A stretch of DNA of 64,000 bases from Candidatus Limnocylindrales bacterium. Lineage in GTDB: Bacteria; Chloroflexota; Limnocylindria; Limnocylindrales; CSP1-4. A model generated the notes under the pieces. The model was given only the letters and a program-made list of their open reading frames with translations, ran no database searches and had not been told where the DNA came from. The stretch spans positions 2,013 through 66,012 of the forward strand of contig DASYTK010000006.1 of NCBI GenBank assembly GCA_036002405.1. The letters run 5' to 3'. Below, piece after piece: positions 60,818 to 64,000 of this stretch (position 1 is its first letter; every line of letters begins with the position of its first letter). Position numbers and translations under genes: made by a program.

Positions 60818-61560
60818 CGGCGGCTCCCGCCCGACTGGCCCTCGTCCGTCATGCGGAATCGACGTGGGTCGCCGAAAGCCGCTTCCAGGGACGGCTCGAT
60901 CCTCCCCTCAGCGATCGCGGCATCCGCCAGGCCCGCCTCCTCGCCGAGCGACTCGCGGCACCCGACCGGAACCTCCACCTGCCGCTGCCGCCGATCGATC
61001 CGGTCGGGATCTGGCACTCCCCGCTCGAGCGGGCACGCGCGACGGCCGAGCCGCTCCGCGCCCTGCTGCCGGGAGTCCGAGTCATTGCGACCGAGGCGCT
61101 GCTCGAGCTGGGCCAGGGCGACTGGGAGGGCCGGCTCCACGGCGATGTGGCCGCCGACGACGGTGATCGCCTCGCCGCCTGGCGACGCTCACCGACGACC
61201 GCGAACGCCCCGGACGGCGAGCGGCTCGTCGACGCCTCTGCCCGCGTCCGGGGGTGCCTGGCCGGGGTGATCGATGCGCTTGGGCGGGCCTCCCGCGCCG
61301 ACGATGCCGATGCGAGCGAGCCCTGGGCGCTCATCCTCGCCCACGATGGGGTTCTCCGGCTTGCGCTCCTGGCGCTCCTCGAGCTACCCCTCGAGCGGTT
61401 CTGGGCCTTCCCCTTCTCGCTCTGCGGGATCTCAGTCGTCGAGCTCGGAGGCGCCACGGCGGCCCTCCGGGCCCATGGGCTCGTGGACCATCTGCTCCCG
61501 CTGACGGCCGATCCCATCGCGCTCGCGGAGGCACGTGGCGAGCGCGGAGGAGCCCTCTAG
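60814..61560 (+). CDS. Histidine phosphatase (dPGM-like) family protein; candidate metal-independent phosphoserine phosphatase
   Basis: Tail of ORF 59626..61560. GTG 60814 forms a GTGA overlap with the serA stop. Motifs: LALVRHAESTW (RHxE), SPLERARATAEP, LAHDGVLR. Confidence 0.7.
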   Translation: MTAAPARLALVRHAESTWVAESRFQGRLDPPLSDRGIRQARLLAERLAAPDRNLHLPLPPIDPVGIWHSPLERARATAEPLRALLPGVRVIATEALLELGQGDWEGRLHGDVAADDGDRLAAWRRSPTTANAPDGERLVDASARVRGCLAGVIDALGRASRADDADASEPWALILAHDGVLRLALLALLELPLERFWAFPFSLCGISVVELGGATAALRAHGLVDHLLPLTADPIALAEARGERGGAL

Positions 61561-63974
61561 CCCTCCCGATCGCGCGGTCGGCGCCCGGCCCGCAGCCAGA
61601 GCCGGCGCGACTCGTCGCGACCGACCCTCCCCCGACCGAGCCGGCGCAGGGCGAGCGCGAAGAGCCAGATCCGCACCCGGCGGTAGGCGCGACGAAGCCG
61701 CTCGAGCATCTGTCCGACGGGTGGACGGCGCGCGTAGGTCTCCTCCACCTTCGCGCTGGCGACGACATGGAGGTCGTCGCGGACCGCGGGAACGAGCGTG
61801 GAAAGGGCCGCTGCGTACTCGTAGGCGGTCTCGGTGGGGCGCGGCCCGTAGCCGAATCGGCCGGCCAGGCGTGCCACGCCCGCATAGGCCACTTCGGCGC
61901 CGGCGGGCGCGCCGCCGGACCGGCGGCGGTAGAGCAGGGCCAGGACGAGGATCGCGAGACCGAGCGCGAGCAGCACGGCGACCGATTGGAGGGCGCCCTG
62001 TGCGTTCGCCGCGCCCGCGACGCCGGTTTGCTGGCGATCACGTCCGAGGCGCTCGTCGGCGCGCCGGACGGCATCGTCGTCGGCCAGGAAGCTCGGCGTA
62101 GCCGCCACGGCCGGAGTCGGAACGGGCGCCCCTTCCTCGAGGACGGTCGGGCGCTGCTGGTTCTCACGGTTGCCCGGCGTCGGGTCGAACGGGACCCAAC
62201 CGAAGCCGGGGAAGTACACCTCCACCCAGGCATGCGCCGCGCTCCGGTCGACCTGCCAGCTGCCGTCCTCGAGGCGCTTCCCGGGCAGATACCCCATGAC
62301 CATCCGGGCCGGGATCTCCTGGGTCCTCAGCATCATCGTCATCGCCGATGCGAAGTACTCGCAGTAACCGACCTTCGTCCGGAGGAAGCAGTCGACGAGA
62401 GGCTCGCTCGGCCCGCAGAGGCCCCGCACGTCGGTGCGATAGCGGTACCGGCCCGAGCGATAGAAGTGATCCTGGATCGCGGCCGCGATGTGGAACGGGT
62501 CGCGCGCATCCTTCGGCAGTGCCTCGACGATCCGCTCCGCGGTCTGGACTGTCAGCTCACCGATGGACCCTTCTTCCACGGCGACGTAGCGGCGCACCCA
62601 GCCGGGATAGCCCACGCCTGCCGCGGCGAGGCGGTTCTCCGTGAGGCCACCGCTCGCCTCGCCCTCGACCCGGACGAGGGCACGAAGCGTATAGGCGTCG
62701 CCCGTCCGCAGGTCTTCGGCCAGCTCGATCGTCGCGAGCGGACCGCCGCCGTTCGTGTAGACGTCCGCCGTGCGGTCGACGGCGACCGGGGCGTCGGGCG
62801 CGAGGAGGATGTCGCCTCCGAAGTCGATCGCCACGACGGTGGTCGCGACCTCCGTCCGGCCCGTGCCTGCCTCCGAGTCGGACAGCTCGGCGGTCGGCTC
62901 CAGGAGATCGTCGCCGGGCGCGATCCGGATCCCGTTGTCGCGATCGCGCTGGAGCCAGCTCTGGCCATCGAACGAGTCGTACGTCGCGGCCCGCCAGTAA
63001 CGCCCCTGGCCGTCGCTCGAGCTCGAGCGGAAGACGACCGAGGTCGATGACTCCCAGACGCCACGGATCGTCTGGGTCGCGCCGAACAGGCCGCCCGGTC
63101 CCCGCGCGGCGCCGGTCACGCCACCCACGATCCGGTTGACCTCGTGGCCCAGGCGGACGAGGTCGTTGTCCGCGTCGCGCCACAGCGGCCCGAGCGGGGC
63201 CGAGCTCGCGTAGGCAGCCAGGCCGATCGAGCCGAGGAGCGCGCCGAGCACGACGACGATCCCGCTTCGCAGGTACATCGAGCTGACGTCGCCCGCATCG
63301 CCGATCCGCCGGCGGGCCCAGCCCTCGCGCTGGTCGAGCAGGTTCATCCGCACGATGAGGAGGAGGGCGGCAGCGGCGAACACGACGAGGTAGGAGTACT
63401 GGGCCTCGATCGTGAGCGAGACCTCGATGAGGATCGCCAGGCCGGTGATCAGGACCGCGTTCAGGACCCGTCGACGCCGGAAGAGCGTGAACGCCGCGAA
63501 GTAGCCGGTCGTCCAGCCCACTGCACCGAGGCTTAGGAGGAAGGCGCTCGTCTCGCGCGACCGGACGCCTTCGACGACGAGGTCGTGATAGAAGCGCTCG
63601 AGCGACGCGAGCAGGTCGTCCAGCCGGATGTCGAGCGTGGGGGCCGTGGAGATCGCTCCCGCAACGGCCACGAAGATGAGGATCGTGGCAAGGAACGCGC
63701 CGAGGAGGTGCGCGCCGAGCGGGGAGAGCCGGCTTTTCGATGCGGCCAGCCCGTAGGCGGCGCCGAGCAGCACGACCCAGTTGAGGAACGCCGTCTGGCT
63801 CGAGCCGTCCGGACCGATCCCCGCCCAGTTCGCATCGTCCACGGCACGGGCGAACATCAGGAGCATCAGGAAGAGCAGCGCCACGACCGACCAACCCTCG
63901 GACGGACGGAGACCCGTCTGCTCCTGAGGCCGACCCATCTGCCCGGCGTCGATGGCCGGCGCGAACACGCTCAT
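61557..63974 (-). CDS. Transglutaminase-like membrane protein (TgpA-like: N-terminal polytopic domain, transglutaminase core, C-terminal DUF4129-like region)
   Basis: 805 aa. Several N-terminal TM helices. Core GYCEYFASAMTMMLRTQEIPARMVMGY...HAWVEVYFPGFGWVPFDPT (Cys-His-Asp). Late TM, then an Arg-rich tail. Confidence 0.8.
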   Translation of the reverse strand: MSVFAPAIDAGQMGRPQEQTGLRPSEGWSVVALLFLMLLMFARAVDDANWAGIGPDGSSQTAFLNWVVLLGAAYGLAASKSRLSPLGAHLLGAFLATILIFVAVAGAISTAPTLDIRLDDLLASLERFYHDLVVEGVRSRETSAFLLSLGAVGWTTGYFAAFTLFRRRRVLNAVLITGLAILIEVSLTIEAQYSYLVVFAAAALLLIVRMNLLDQREGWARRRIGDAGDVSSMYLRSGIVVVLGALLGSIGLAAYASSAPLGPLWRDADNDLVRLGHEVNRIVGGVTGAARGPGGLFGATQTIRGVWESSTSVVFRSSSSDGQGRYWRAATYDSFDGQSWLQRDRDNGIRIAPGDDLLEPTAELSDSEAGTGRTEVATTVVAIDFGGDILLAPDAPVAVDRTADVYTNGGGPLATIELAEDLRTGDAYTLRALVRVEGEASGGLTENRLAAAGVGYPGWVRRYVAVEEGSIGELTVQTAERIVEALPKDARDPFHIAAAIQDHFYRSGRYRYRTDVRGLCGPSEPLVDCFLRTKVGYCEYFASAMTMMLRTQEIPARMVMGYLPGKRLEDGSWQVDRSAAHAWVEVYFPGFGWVPFDPTPGNRENQQRPTVLEEGAPVPTPAVAATPSFLADDDAVRRADERLGRDRQQTGVAGAANAQGALQSVAVLLALGLAILVLALLYRRRSGGAPAGAEVAYAGVARLAGRFGYGPRPTETAYEYAAALSTLVPAVRDDLHVVASAKVEETYARRPPVGQMLERLRRAYRRVRIWLFALALRRLGRGRVGRDESRRLWLRAGRRPRDREG

Positions 63975-64000
63975 GCCGCTCTCCCCCCATCACGGTCGGG

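Overview
Very GC-rich (roughly 70% by eye) and gene-dense bacterial chromosomal segment. The lineage cannot be fixed from sequence alone; gene content and the many leaderless or overlapping starts look Actinobacteria- or Chloroflexi-like. I call 57 protein-coding genes (one truncated at the left edge) and one tRNA. About 80% lie on the minus strand, and many are joined by 4-nt NTGA start/stop overlaps. Most long ORFs in the track that are antisense to these genes are Arg/Pro/Gly-rich shadow ORFs typical of high-GC DNA, and I rejected them.

Content is mostly housekeeping:
- Cell envelope: murE fragment, two tandem FemAB-family transferases, murJ, murI, a LysM protein, an FtsB-like protein, a transglutaminase-like membrane protein.
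- DNA metabolism: XerC/D-type recombinase, topA, dprA, comM/yifB, an MrfA/MrfB-like helicase-exonuclease pair, a UvrD-type helicase fused to a Cas4-like Fe-S nuclease, rarA.
- Proteostasis: ftsH, an SPFH/NfeD pair, an M20 peptidase.
- Metabolism: a serine-pathway operon (class V aminotransferase, serA, histidine-phosphatase-family protein), ppa, tyrA.
- Regulation: one OmpR-type two-component pair and one orphan LuxR-type regulator.
- A partial Tad/Flp minor-pilin module headed by a REC-TadZ/CpaE fusion, plus a second orphan paralogue of that fusion.

I found no CRISPR array, IS element, prophage or recognisable defence island.

The most unusual signal is non-coding. A ~196-nt element with conserved architecture occurs once in each of the three longest intergenic gaps (16745-16940, 31653-31850, 57687-57883). 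It has 19-nt inverted ends plus a third internal copy of the end motif at a fixed 50-nt offset, and I cannot assign it to any family I know.

Secondary observations:
- a probable non-canonical (CTG) or missing start on a Nudix gene
- tandem 21-nt direct repeats downstream of the two-component pair
- an SOS-box-like palindrome upstream of mrfA
- two predicted promoters
- an incomplete Tad locus

All coordinates, start-codon refinements and motif matches were done by eye and need computational confirmation.
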